Assembly: GCA_002633005.1 (NCBI GenBank)
Contig: NMRA01000131.1
Span: forward strand, 235,798-299,797
DNA from: Phoronis australis
Lineage: Eukaryota > Animalia > Phoronida
Length of the DNA: 64,000 bases
Reading direction: 5' to 3'
In this document: one piece after another, positions 26,723-40,271 of the stretch
How the letters are laid out: each line of letters starts with the position of its first letter
Numbering within the stretch: the first letter of the stretch is position 1
Notes under the pieces: generated by a model
What the model was told of the DNA's origin: nothing
Database searches by the model: none
What the model saw: only the letters and a program-made list of their open reading frames with translations
Program-made: the position numbers and the translations under genes

Positions 26723-27017
26723 GTTCCTGCCAGTCTTCACGAAGTCAAAGAGTTCCATTCAGTCTTCTTACCGCAGTTGGTCGCCGCAGCACTGACCCGT
26801 GCCCCAGATGTTGTCCCCGCTTCAGAATGAGTCGTTAGCTGGATTCAAGAATCACAATTGGCAGTGATTGGAACTGGGCTCATTTGTAAACACCCTAATA
26901 AACATTTTTAGAACTATTCAGTTCTTGCACACCCTTCAAATGGTTACTAAATGGTCACACATACAATACTTAATTCATGTCAGTTCCGACTCATTAGCAG
27001 ACAATCAGAGTAATGAA

Positions 27018-27172
27018 TTTCGGAGTTGTGATTTCGGAGTAGGCCGATGTACGTGGACATTCGAAGTAGTGAACTTTTGAAGGTTGTGAATTTTCGGAGT
27101 AGTGAACCTGCAGATCGAGTTGTTGACTTTCAACGTAGTGAACCCTCGGAATATCAATAGTGACATGTAACC
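27018..27172. repeat. Degenerate ~16-bp subterminal repeats (TTCGGAGTAGTGAACC); inverted counterpart at ~25955-26012
   Basis: Reverse-complement units (CCGAAGGTTCACTACT) at 25955-26012 suggest the ends of a foldback-type element. Confidence 0.55.
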
Positions 27173-28461
27173 TTGGAAATCTTCTCCATCAAGTTTGTTG
27201 CTCGTATGAAGTCTACGAGGTTGTACACCATTGACACCGATTGGCCGGCAACAGAAGACTTTCTTCATTGACCAACGTTTTTATTAGGTCTAGACCCTAC
27301 GTTTCCCTAATAATGTGAACGTGCTCGTCAGGGTTTCCTCAGTGCAAGAAAACACGGTGCTTTTAAATACAGCGTTTTCTTGCACTGAGAAAAACCAGAC
27401 ATTTAAAATGTCTGGTTTTTGCGCGACGGCGGAAGACTGCCCGTCTGCGTGCACTGAATTTAAAAGAATGAAAACCAACACACGTACACACGCATGAATG
27501 TCAATCCACCAATCCACAATCAAAGAGGGCACTGGACGAACAACATATTTGACGATCACTTTCAATTCGAAATTTGATTTACCTGCACTTTACCATATTA
27601 TACTACCAAATACAGTGTATCAGGTAACAAACTTATGGTCTGTTGTCTTGTTTCTTGGTCGATTTTAATGCATTCACACCGCACAACTTTTTAGTGAGAT
27701 CTGTCGCTGCCATATAGCTACATTTAGGCATTTACTTCTAGACTCCGGTGTTACCCAATAACATTAAGCCTCTAATCATCTGCACGATACTGTCATCGAC
27801 GCAAATACTACTAAGTGCAAACGCGCACTTCACAGTGGTGCTCACGTTTTTTTTTTTTAGTTCGCCCGCTGTTTTGTTAGCAAAAGGTCCACGACGTCAA
27901 GAATTCGAGCCCCCCATATTGAAGGCCCTGTGCGCGCATGTGAAGCGCTTTGAATCAGAAGCAAATTCAAAATTACTGCTAACTTAGTTATCATTGTAGT
28001 AATAAATTTGTTGTTGTCCATCTATATACTATCTTCAACTGATAGGCTGGGGCTGGACCTTTTCCGCAGGGGGGGGGGCGGGGTTCCATCGAACCCCCCG
28101 AATCCCCCTCCCCCCGGCTACGGTCCTGCACTGATCTGTCCTATATACATATAGGATATACCACTCAAAAATGGCTGGGCATTCTTTTATTAAATATTTA
28201 CTTTAGACGTTTTTTCCACGCTCATTTATTCGAGAAAAGCTTATTTCAAATGAGCTGTTCTAAATAGAGTTGACACTTTTAACACCATAAAACGGTTCGA
28301 CAACAATTTCAACTGCTCAAATCAAAAGGAACTTTCAGATTTCCAAGTCCGGCACCAAAGTTTTGTCACAAAGAAGTGCTACCCCAGTGTGGGGTTCTTT
28401 ATTGGTCGTTTCATATATCGTTATATATCAGGGTTCCATGTGTCCCGTGTTCTGTGTGTCC

Positions 28462-28775
28462 CAGTGGCGGATTTAGGGGGGGAGGGCAAGGGGGTCATGC
28501 CCCTCCTAAAATTCTCCCAGATACCATTTGGGAGTTCGGGGTGCGAATTGCTGAGTAGCATATGCGCACACCCAGAGGGTTCGGGGAGCGAATGCACAAT
28601 GCATAGGCCTTGAACAAACCCCGTGTACCGTTCTTTATTTTTTATTTTTTTAGCAATAAGGTCCAGAAACCCAAAAATTCGAGACCCCTGCATCCCTACA
28701 ATTTAGCTGGGCGCGCGCATGTGTCGAAATTTTGGTTATTTCTATGCCCTACCCCCCATCCCCAACTCAAAATCC
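28462..28775 (+). mobile_element. CAGTGGCGG-family MITE interrupted by a nested CATGCGC-TIR MITE (28561-28721)
   Basis: Homology to 26032-26193 stops at ~28555 and resumes after 28721. Confidence 0.7.
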
Positions 28776-29230
28776 ATGTCCTAAGTGCATGTATTTGATT
28801 GCCAGCATACAAGCCCGTTATTCAGTGGATTACCCGGATGCTTTATTCGAATACACTCAAGGCGGACAATTTCCCCAGGGGTACAATTGTTACTTTCAGT
28901 TTCACACCGGGTTCTATGTGTCTCTGGTCAGCGTTCGAGCAGTTAAGAAAATTGACATAAGATCGTCGTTTGCGACCTAACCAAAATCTCGCGCATTTTC
29001 AAGATCCAGCCCGCATTCGAAAACTTCCAGGGGCATCGGTTGATCTGACAACGACAAGGGTCCGATGAGGATACATGAAAATAACACATAACTTGTCGAT
29101 TTTTTCCCTACATCAGGATCAAAAGAGCACCTAAAAATTGTGATGTGGACCTAAAATGGAGAATTCAGCTAAAACTTGCACACTCGTCCGCTTCAGTCAG
29201 CGTCTGGACTGCCACGATAACGCAAACGGC

Positions 29231-29331
29231 CCGGACACACAGAACCCAGGACGCATAGAACCCGGGACGCATAGAACCCGGGACGCATAGAACCCGGGAC
29301 GCATAGAACCCGGGACCCAATGTTACATTCC
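29231..29331. repeat. 16-bp tandem repeat (GGGACGCATAGAACCC), ~5 copies
   Basis: Visible directly; inverted units at ~28430-28460. Confidence 0.85.
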
Positions 29332-29389
29332 CCTCCAGTCTTACTATGTCACAAACGGGCTAAGCTGCACTGCCCCTAACTCACGCCAC

Positions 29390-30257
29390 CCCCTCTCAAG
29401 TACGCTACACCTCACGTGCGTTATCCCTCAGGGTACGTTTCCCCTCAGGTACTACGCTACGCCTCAGGTACGCTACCCCTTAGGTATGCAATCTCTAAGG
29501 CACGTTACTCTTCAGGTGGACTACCCGGCTCAGGTACGATACCTCTCATGTACGATACCCCTAAGACACGCTGCCCTCAGGTGTACTACTCCTCAGGTAC
29601 GTAAAATTACAAGTAGGCTGCTCCCTTCGACACAGTGCTCCCTCAGGTACACTGCTCTCGCAGGTATACAACCTTCACGGTCACCCTTAGGTACAATGCC
29701 TCCTCAGGTACACTGTCCCCTCAGGTACACTGTCCCCTCAAGTGCTCTGTCTCCTCAGGTACACTACCTCCTCAGGAAGACTGTCCCCTTAGATACACCG
29801 TCTCCTCAGGTACACTGTCCCGTCAGGTACTCTGTCTCCTCAGGTACATTTTCCCCTCAGGTACATTGTCCCTCAGGTACACTGCCTCCTCAGGTAGACT
29901 GTCCCTTCAGGTACACTGTCCCCTCAGGTACATTGTCCCCTCAGGTACACTGTCCCATCAGGTACACTGCCTTCTCAGGTACACTGTCCCCTCAGGTCTA
30001 CTGATTCCTAAGGTAGAATGTCCCTTCAGGTACACTGTCCCCTGAGGTACAATGTCCCCTCAGGTACACTGTCCCCTCAGGTACATTGTCCCCTCAGGTA
30101 CACTGCCTCCTCAGGTAGACTGTCCCCTCAGGTACACCGCCTCCTCAGGTACACTGTACCCTTTGGTACACTGTCCCCTCAGGTACTCTGTCCCCTCATA
30201 TGCACTGTCCCTACAGGTACACGGTCCCCTCAGGTACAATGTCTCCTAAGGGTACAC
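29390..30257. repeat. 17-bp minisatellite (CTCAGGTACACTGTCCC), roughly 50 units
   Basis: Period 17 (e.g. TCAGG at 29704 and 29721). The left part uses a TACGCTAC variant. Confidence 0.95.
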
Positions 30258-33218
30258 CGATCCAGTCCAACTATAAAGTAAATTTCACATATTAAAATAA
30301 AAACCACAACAGCGGAGAATAAAAAATTAATTCTGTAGCCATTACCTATACTCACAATGCAAGAAATCAGAGGAGATTTTATAATTCACTTCCAATAAAA
30401 CTGTAGCTATAGTTACGAGTCTATTTAGGCGCATATACCAGTATGTGAAGGCTGCGCCCATGTCCGAAGCACTTAAGTATTTTTTAGAATTATTTCCAAT
30501 TTACCTTGGCGAATGGCTCAAAACACGCGTACAATATATGTCCGATATAGCTCACGAAGATGATATGTTCTGTTCAACTAAGATTCATTAAGTTCCAGTG
30601 GCTCATGTTTGTCTACAATTCATGTATCGGTGGATCTGGGCTGTCGCAACTGAAGCCCAACCACAATTTCCGAAAGAAAAATGTTCGCCTAACCTAAAAA
30701 AAACCAAGCCAGTAGTGTTATTTCAATTTGATTTAGGTATCCAGAGGGCGGGACGTGGGTGGGCCTCCCGGTCTCCCTCCTAAAAACAACTAAGGTTTTC
30801 TACACAGCAAGTCGCAGTCTACGAATCCCAAAAACATTTCCTTATTTACGGGGTCAAATGTAAAAGCTCAACCAGTTTCTGAACTATCCAGTGGACGTGA
30901 TGGTGGCACTAATTTGCTTACTACACGGCAATTCTGCACTATTTGATCACTACCAGCAATCGAAAACAACGTTTTAAACACGCCCTTATATCATTGGATG
31001 TGAGTAGAAATGCCGGCATTATAGCTAGTTAAATTAATTAGACGAGTTATGGTTCGGAAAAGTGCGATTGGATTCTTCATAATTAATCCTTTTGATTTCA
31101 TCATAAGCCTACCGTACATTTTATTATGTAACCATTGGAATTTAATTTTTGTCATGCATTTTACAGATCCTGTTAATTTCTGATTTTTGAAAAGAGTGTA
31201 CAGCAATTTCCCCACAACAAACACACATCTTCCTTGGTTTGTAGTTTTAAAGTTTTGTCAAACTAAAGCCTAAAGGTCTAAAAGTCTTTTTGCAAGAATC
31301 TCAAGTCCATCAACTTTTTACGCTTATAGTTACATCTATTACTACTAACGATAGAAACTGCACTACTACTAGTTTAACGTTTTGTCAAAATAGCTAAAAC
31401 CGAAAGGACCAAAGGTCTTTTTCTAAGAGCCCTAAATCTAGGAACTCATTACGCTTATAGTGGCATCTGTTGGCAAGTAGAGATGGAAGCTGTGCTGTCT
31501 GCATTTTCAGCAAAATAAGTACACGTGGTTCGGTTTAAAGATATTTTTTTCGCGAATTAAGAAATACCGTCCACGATCCCTAATCGAAAGCCGCCAACAA
31601 AATTATTTCATAAAGTATAGCTTAGGCGTTTTCTTTATCCATGTTTCGAAGTTAATAAATGCCGGTGGTCATCCAGTAGGAATTTCTGAACAGCAAACAA
31701 GGTAAAGTGATACATATACATCTAACTGAGTCTTTTGGAAAATATGTTAAATTTTGTGAGTGCTTTCAGTACCGTTCACTTCACGACGTATTTACTAAAA
31801 TCACAACGGAAAAGTCCATGCTTTTCCATCTTAATACACTAGTTCCTTAGGCACCCTTGTTTGCGACCTGGTTACGCGGCTGACAATATCTGTTGACCTC
31901 GCATGATTTTGTGGTGCCTAAAATTTAAGTTGAGGATCTACAGATTGAAACAGAAATTAACGCAACAGGAAACAGGAGTGAGCTAAAATACACGCAACGA
32001 GTTCACACAAGATCTATAGCATACTCCCTGCTTATTATTTTTCACAAGCTAAGCAAGTTTAGTATTAAGAACCGTGCACTCTAAGTAGTTTTCTGGATCT
32101 AAAAATCACCAAAGTGAGAGCAGGGGCGGAGTTACCCAGTGACGTTGTAACCCTGTACAATGTGAAAACCACAAATAATCATACCAACGAAATGAATGTC
32201 TTTACACATATTGTTGACCATACTCCAAAAAACCACAAGTGGTGCATAAAATTTTAAGTGAATGAATTGTGTTATTTGTTTACCATCCATGCGTCTGCCA
32301 TCATGTGCACCAGATGACCTTTTACGACGATAAACATAACATTACTACTAATCTAATGCGATTTACCCACGGCTTTTCAAAGTTAAAACATTTTAAGGCT
32401 GCAAACTATGAATTGCCAAAACTAACCCTCAAATTGCAACAATCTGTAGTCTTTATACTCAAGCTAAATGAAAAACTGTCTCAAACACTCAAACACACGT
32501 TATTGGTAATATCATCTACAATCACCATACATACAACAGGCTGCTCCTTTTTACGAGTTTTGTGAGTTAACAATCCGTTTAAGCCTTTTGTAGTTCTAGC
32601 AACACTACTACGGTTTCCACAGAACTTCCCACATCCTGTAGTAGGGATTTTTTAGTAGAGAAATAATTTGTGATTTGTACTCGCTGTAGGACTACGCAGC
32701 TTGTCTGAACGCGTGGCGACATCTTACGAAAAACACTGCGTCAGAAATGGTTTTAGATACCATTGAAGTAGAACTGGTTCATCCCACTATTTCGTCCGAG
32801 AACGAAAAATCACTACATGCAAGCTACTCTATTACACCTTCTAGGCGGTAAACTGACAATTTCACTCATCTTACTAAAAACCAACACAAAAGAGTTTCAC
32901 AACCAAACAAATTACTATATAAACCAAAGGTCAGGGCAAAAAACACATTTGGTTCTGGTCTGTGGACGGTGGTGCGTCAATTGTTTAAGTGCTCAAGTAA
33001 AAAAAATCCACCCGAGACGAGCAAATTTGATTCGTTTTTTTTGTCTTTAGTCATTGCTTGGCAAATCATGGCGTTTCGAACCTAACTTACCTTTATCTGC
33101 CTTTGTGCAGCTTTTCAAAAAGCAATATACCAAACTCATGTTGAAACTGATGAGGCTGACGAAATGAGTCGCGGCGAGCGACCGGAACCAACTTTACTTT
33201 GTTGGCCATAATTCACAC

Positions 33219-33404
33219 CAGGGGTACCATAGAATCATATGCACGGGAATCGCATCTTAGGTACGAACAACCTACGAAGATATGAATCATGCATACGAAC
33301 CCCAAAATCACGTATACGAACAAAAATCACGCATGATTCATAAGTTGGTAGTTGGTTCGGGCGTATGATACGATGCTCGTGCGTCTGATTCTATGGTACA
33401 CCTT
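33219..33404. mobile_element. Long-TIR MITE, 5-bp TSD CACAC
   Basis: GTACCATAGAATCA / TGATTCTATGGTAC within a ~70-bp imperfect inverted repeat; CACAC on both flanks. Confidence 0.8.
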
Positions 33405-36400
33405 CACACATTGCTGCTACAATTGATGCAAGGCAGCCACGACCACCCCTAACCAAACCACGATAGAGAGCACCGGAAAACCCGTGATACGTGTGGGTGC
33501 ACCTGCATCGTCAAATTTCGAATTGCCGCAGCTTTCCGTCGCTGAGTTACGTATTGAGGATTTTTTAAAGTCAGGTATTGAAATGGATGTATATTTCAAG
33601 AACTCTGGTATTGACACGATAGTGTCTCTTTCACAATTTGTAGTTTTTGAAATGGTCTACTTTTTAACCTCATGGAGGCACACCTGTGGGCCTTCTCATA
33701 TTCCACCTAGTGTAGGAAAGAGATTTCAGACGAACGTAGGCGAGAACGTTAGGGACATCGTGACTTGGAAGGTAAGGTTCTGTAGGGCATTATCGACAAG
33801 TGGTACATTTTGCAAAACTATAGAATTTAACTCAACGAAAGTATATTTTGTAGAAAATAAAAGTAGAAATTACGTAAAATTTGACCTTTTGATTGTATAC
33901 CAATCTGTCATCACTTTAGTCACTTGTCCATGCTTTTTCGGACAATTTAGCGAAAACGAAAGGTACGTCCGCAGCAAAACAACAAAATCAATAACATGAC
34001 ACACTTTTCTATGATATAAATGTTCAAGATGAAACCTAAAAACAGCTGTTAGAGTTTTCTAAATTGCCGATTTGTACACCTTTAAATCATATAACTATAA
34101 GTCCTATTTTTGATAGCCCCTCATGCAAAAGTGGAATATTCCAAAAATAATTCCTTACAGCATTTTATAGAGCAGTGTATAGAGCAGAGTACCTCAAAGT
34201 ACCATCTGAATCCTATAAGCCATTTGTGAGATATGACGTTCCCAAGTTGGCCAAAATTGTATTAGGGTCCTACATAATCTTAAATACTGGGCAATGTGCA
34301 ACAACTTACAGAGGAGCGCCAGAATTTAGTGTTTGTTGCAAAACAAATCATGCAGAAAGCGATGTTTAAGTAGGCTAAACAGCGCCTTGTAAAATCAACA
34401 ATTTCTGCTTATCGATAAAAAATTCAATACATTTAGTAAATGTCGGTGACTGTTATTATAGCTTACTTTCATCATGGCAATTTTTCTAGTGATAATTTAT
34501 GAAGGGTACATATTTAGAAATACAAACACGCACTGGTCTGTGACAGCGAACCTGAACTTAATTAAAGCAACTATTAACCCGCCTTCCCACACAAACATTT
34601 TTTGAATAAAACTACTTACCGTCATGAAATTGGTCTCAAATTGTTCCTTATCAACATAAATGTGGTTTCTAGGCTCGAAAAGAACAGACAATTTGTTAAT
34701 CCTTCAGTGTGACAAGGCTCTTTAAATTGACTTGTCGCGGCGCAAAAGTTATTCGCCGAGCACGGTCTATACTTCGAGATGCCTCATATCAGGACTTTCG
34801 TTGTAGTTGGCGCTATTGTCGTATGAACGTTCTGCGCGCCACCTGTGAACAGCGGTTGAGTCGTCATGTCGACTATTCAAAACGTGAATGCTCATGTACA
34901 GTATTTGGCTTCAACAGATTGTAGTATTTAATCTGTGGTCTCGAAGAATACCGAGGTGCCAGCTCTTAGCAAGACCAAGATCATTTCACATCTGAGTAGA
35001 GACCTATTTTATCGTGATTCGTGGTCCACATCAAAACTTAGTTTATTCGGCGGAACGCGGATTTATTGCTGTTCTAAATTTTTTTAGAAGAAAGTGGGCG
35101 TGAAACAAATTCGTGTCACGAAGATTGTCTTAATTTACTCAAATTTGGGTTTTGTGCAAATAGTTTTAGAACAATCGCACTGTTAAATTAGTTGATACAT
35201 TGATTTTGAATAAAATGGCCCCGTTTCATGTTAATTCTCAATAATTTTAGAAAAGTGTTGGATTGCGACCGTGGAGGCGTGAGTTCGATTCCGCCTTGGG
35301 CTTATAGTATCAGGAGACTAATTTGCTCACCGATCATGCCATTTTATGTGCCGTTAAAGAAAAGATGACTGTGTTTTGTGAAAAATGGTTACAACGAAGT
35401 ATGTCACACTTTCTTTTCAAAGCTCTCTAAACCATAGGTTATTAGACAACAGATTCAAAACTCTGACATTTTCTCGAGTACCAGCCTAGAGGAGGTGCCC
35501 CTCTCCTAAATTATCTGTTTCAGTTTCCGGTTAGTGTAGGTGGCACTGAACAATTTGCACTGCCAAAATAATAAAAGGGATAGGCCAGGCTTGGGGACAT
35601 TTTTAGTTAGGTGTTGTATGTAAGTGAATGTGGTTTGCTTGTATTTGTGAGCATGTTGAGAATGAAAAAAGACCACTTCCTCGGCTGTAGCTGCACTCTT
35701 CTTCAAGATGGTGGCCCCCTGTTGCAATTGTGCATTGCTGGGTTACAACTAATAAATTGGCCGCGATTTCAGGTAGCTCTCAAATAAACCAGATTTGCAA
35801 AAATCTAGTTAGTTGACAGTACAGTTGTACCACCTTTTTGGAATCGGTAGGAAATTTGCTTTCGGAATCTTATGTTGGCTTTAGTCGAGCATCGGCAGGA
35901 AAATGGTAGTTTTGGGGTGAAAAGTGCCGATTTTGCGGGTTTTTTTGCCCCTATTTTTCATAGTTTAGCCTGGATTTCAGTGGTAGTGACGACGCACAGG
36001 AGCGTTTTTCATGGTCCGATCTTGACCGATTTTTCAGTGCCGAACAATTCCGACATGTACGTCTGATTACTTCCAGTTGCAATTTAGCGCGGATTGATGT
36101 GTGCTGACTGCTGAGAGTGGTAGATGCACTGATAGAACATTCGTGAACCAAACGTATTCAATTTAGGAAAACTGTTAGTAATTTAAAGTTTGCAAGTCAC
36201 CACAATTAAAGCTTTAAAACGAATTTCAGAAGAATTATTGTCTGACTTTTAATCGTTGTGGCGACTTCGTGTCGACCTGAGATTTTAAAAGTGTTTACGA
36301 ATTATTTTCACCAATATGTTACAGAGATATTTATTAGTGAGACGTATATTCACGTGCTAAACTCGAAATGTATGCTGCTGTCGTCCAAGCTGGTCGGACC

Positions 36401-37899
36401 CTATCGATCCAAACAATTGTGACCCAAGTTTTGCAGCAAAAGTTCCAATAACTTTGTACTGCTTACAACGATTTTGATGTTTTTTGTTTATGTTGTGTCA
36501 GCTGTATTATCTTTCGGATGATATTGAAAAATTTCTTCAAAACCAAAAAAAATTGTTCCACTGGCCTATTCAGAGACAACTCTTCCGTCTTTTTCTCTTG
36601 ATGGTCATTAATTTTTGGATGAACATAGCCATGACGTAACATCTCCATCACCTCATCTCACGCAGACAACAATTTCACAAAAAAATCACCATTTGATTAT
36701 ACTGAGTACATTCTGCCGAGAATTCAGCTAAGAAGCGTGCCTTTGCTCCAAGATACAACAACCATACTGAAATGTTTGTCCTCCAACATGGCGGATGACC
36801 TAATTGATGACGTCATATGGAAACGTTCTAACATGAACTAACTTTAATTGTTTATAAAAAATTATGAAATTCATAATGGAACATATTAAAAAAATTTTAA
36901 CATGAATGTAAATCAATGGCATGAAATCAACCAGATCCACGGAACAAATACTTTTGTAAACGTATAGAACACACACATACGGCTGCAAACACAGAAGATA
37001 TCGGACACACAACTCTTTAACTCAGATCTACATTCTTGATTCACATTCCAGAGACTTAGTACCGTTTCTATGAGAGGGTGTACATGTGACAGTGCAAAAG
37101 ATACACCGTACTTCTACTTACGGTACGCGTGTCGGGAAGTAATGACGCTCCAGTGAGATAATCCAACGAAGGTGCAGTATCAGACAGTGTGTCCACCAAC
37201 ATTCCACACAAAACCAAGAATCCATGTTCAGTATTATACGTCTGTTGCATAACCGGTCATTGACATTTTGACCCCTCTCGACCCGAGTCAGTGGCTCCTG
37301 ATGGAGCTGCATGCGAACATTTCGTGAAAACTAGGCATAGACACAACAGGCTTCTCACCGAACATGACCCGACATAATGTTTAATCTTAACACCACGGGA
37401 TTGTGTAACAGCTCAAAGCTCTTTACGAATTTTTGACGTAAAGGATTATTTTTCATTATCCTAATTCACCTGGTGTCACTCATTCGTGTTTGCCCGAGTC
37501 CAACTAAGACTTATGTCGTTGAAATTGCTGATTTTCCGCATCAGTGGTGAAATAATTCATAATAGGAAGTTTATCGGATGAACGTTGCGGCACATACTGA
37601 CCAATGTGCTCGCTGAAAAACTAGCTCGATTGAAGAGAAAAAAGTCTTTATTTGACCGACTTATATGTCACAGCTGATCACCATGGTTACATTCATATAT
37701 TTTACCCGCATTTAGACTGAGTAACCCGACAGCTTAGATTTTTTGAACGCTTTCATCTTAATTCTTATAATAGTTCTAAATAATTATTACAAAAGGGGTT
37801 TTAAACAAAGGGTTGATTCAACGTCGGATACAAAGATTTATTTTCCACACAAATACGCCACTCCGATCATGGACATACACTTTCTGATTCATGAACTCT

Positions 37900-38300
37900 C
37901 GTGACCTGTGGCTAATTTTACACCGTCCGTGTGACGTCAGCCGCAACGGAATGTAGGTCAAGGTGCTTGGTCAAGATTCTCCATTGCAGGCCCAGCTAGC
38001 ACACAGGTATCACGCAGTGGCACGCGCTTGCATTGGTTCATGTAACCTCACTGAGCAGTCATTGGTTAGCTTTACAACATCGTGAAAAATGGCAGACTGT
38101 GAACGATTTTTAGCCTTGTCATGCAAGTGGCGTCGCCAGCAACTACTTCGTTTCTGCTTAACCTGGTTCCCGGGCCTCACAAGATGACGTCACGGATAAC
38201 TTGTGAAGGCCCAGGTACAGGATACTAGAACGATGGATTTCATTGGCTGTCAGCTGGCAATTTTTAACCAGGAAGTTGGTTCTGCGCATGCTTTCATCCG
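37900..38300. promoter_or_regulatory. Promoter-like motif cluster, target gene unclear
   Basis: CRE TGACGTCA at 37932 and 38185; RORE AATGTAGGTCA 37950-37960; ATTGG near 38032, 38061 and 38242; ETS-like CAGGAAGT ~38269; NRF1-like TGCGCATGC ~38283; locally GC/CpG-richer. Confidence 0.55.
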
Positions 38301-38552
38301 GTAATACGTTACTAGGTCGCTAGGTGTCGCAAAAGTAAAAGTTATTTTGCGAGTTGCGTTTGCGGTCGGAACTGTGGTGAGGTAGCTGTTTATATTGTTA
38401 TATTATTAACAAACTGTGCAGAAATTCACGTCATTATCGATTCCTTATTATGAAAATAAATAAATCTGAATTAACAATGACTTCACTCTTTTCACTTGGC
38501 TTTTTCAGTTTCATTATTTACGCTTTATAGTAGGAAATGAAAACGTCTCTTG

Positions 38553-38722
38553 CAGGGGCGAATCCAGGATTTTGAGTTGGGCCGGGGGGGGGGGGGCAGG
38601 GGCAAGGGCAGAGTATTTTGACCGTCAGACATTCACACCCCCAAACTTCCAAATTGAATCTGGGTTAATTGTAGGCAGGGCCATGGCCCCCTTGCTGCCC
38701 CCCCCCCTCAAATTCGTCACTG
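38553..38722 (-). mobile_element. Inverted, diverged copy of the 26032 MITE family
   Basis: CAGGGGCGAATCCAGGATTTTGAGT ... AAATTCGTCACTG; TSD not retained. Confidence 0.75.
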
Positions 38723-40046
38723 TACAGTGTTACAGTAGACACAGTATTCAGTCCCTAGAACACCACAATTTTCAACCCTTCAGGTAGCCACAATTTCCGA
38801 GCTACACTCCTACCCTCATTGCCATAATTTTTTCTTCCCATTTCCCTCTTTGAGGTGGGACCCCGCACAACTTGAGGGTCCTAAGCCATTCAGATAACCT
38901 TGGGTATATTCTGAGCCTTAAATTTCTCCTTTAAGGTGAATTTAACCTGCGTGACTTTCAAACTTAGTGGAGAATGATTGGCCATAATGACCAAAAGTTC
39001 GAGCATGCACTGAAAACAATTACTTCCAAGGGCATCCAGAACACCTCGGATGTTTTCGTAACCTCAAATTTCACCTAATAGCTGAATGCTTCCTGCATGT
39101 GTGCAGACTTCAGTTAGCCTATTATTCTCAAGACTGAAAATCACGTGACTTGCCATATTTTGGATAACGTTCATCTTTGAGAGGATATTTGAGGCTAGGC
39201 AATTACCTGAAGTGTTTCGAAGAAAAATTTGTAAGTATGAAAATATAGCTATCGTGCTACAGATGTTCTGAGGGTAAATTTGTAGCTACGAAAATACCCA
39301 AGAGGTGTCCCAAATGGGCCCTAAGCTTCAGTGTTATGCATAATATGGTACTAGAATAATCTCCACCCATTTAAACTGTGGCTAAAAAAACATTAGGGTT
39401 GTAGTACGAGGTTTGAAGTTCAATAATAATGTATTAGCTTAATGTTACAAATGCACAATATTTTCACAAGGGTTAATGCTAACAACTGAATCCTTTCGTA
39501 GTAATTCTTGAACAGCTGTCTTTCATCCATTAAGCTTGAAATAGTCGGCTCAGTGATTCCAGTTGTTAAAAATGAATCTGGTGTCCAAACTTTTAAAAAT
39601 ACAGGTATCGTATTAAAACCCCTTCTGCAGTAGGAAAAAGGTACCATTTGCAGTGTTTTTAACTTCCAGAGTGAAACCCGTTATATTCATGGGAAAAAGT
39701 TTGCTTTGGTTTTTAAGTTTGGTAGGGATTTTTTGAAGCACCATTTTGAAGAAAAATTACCCAGCCAGGTGTCATGTACTGTATAAACCTGTGGGAGTAC
39801 CCCCTGAAATGGTTTTAGGAGGGTACTCTGAAAGCCCAAGGATGGTGAAATGAACCCTATACCTATATACCTAACAATGTGGATTGAACATCTTGGAAAG
39901 TACAAGCGCAATTGTTGATTTCAGAATGCGCTTATCAGATGGTGTCTTCTGGCTTCCAGATTTCCTTTGAATTAATTCCTTAATGTTGCTATGAATGCGT
40001 CTTGTGTGAAAAAGAATAAATTTTGATCTGAACAACTTACCCCTGT

Positions 40047-40271
40047 ATAGGAATTGGAATGACTAAAAAGAAAATGTTCCAGCTAATCTATCATTTCACA
40101 AATAGGCTTGTGTTATAGAAATATTTTTTGTGTTGTAAAATTTAACTGAAACAAATGTTTGCATGAATCAAGTCAAAATAATGATAAGAAAAAAGAAGCT
40201 GGAAATCAAATAAGAGGAAATAAAAACAAAAAATAGAAAATTCTCTTAAAAGAGGAAAATGCCAAGCCCTG
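40047..40271 (-). mobile_element. Inverted copy of the 1482-1734 MITE
   Basis: Reverse complement aligns over ~220 bp; ends in CCAAGCCCTG. Confidence 0.7.

Noticed and set aside
29416-30281. Repetitive ORFs in all three frames
   Set aside because: By-product of a 17-bp minisatellite with few stop codons on this strand.
30870-30920. HUH-like HHHVHWIV on the minus strand (endogenous ssDNA virus or Helitron)
   Set aside because: Surrounded by stops; no other Rep or helicase motifs seen.
33134-33169. Type III hammerhead-like CUGAUGA..GAAA with ACUCAU/AUGAGU stem
   Set aside because: Cleavage-site base is G, stem I is 2 bp and stem II is 1 bp; probably chance or fully decayed.
33484-33999. 171-aa ORF
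   Set aside because: Non-ATG start, no recognisable domain or splice structure.
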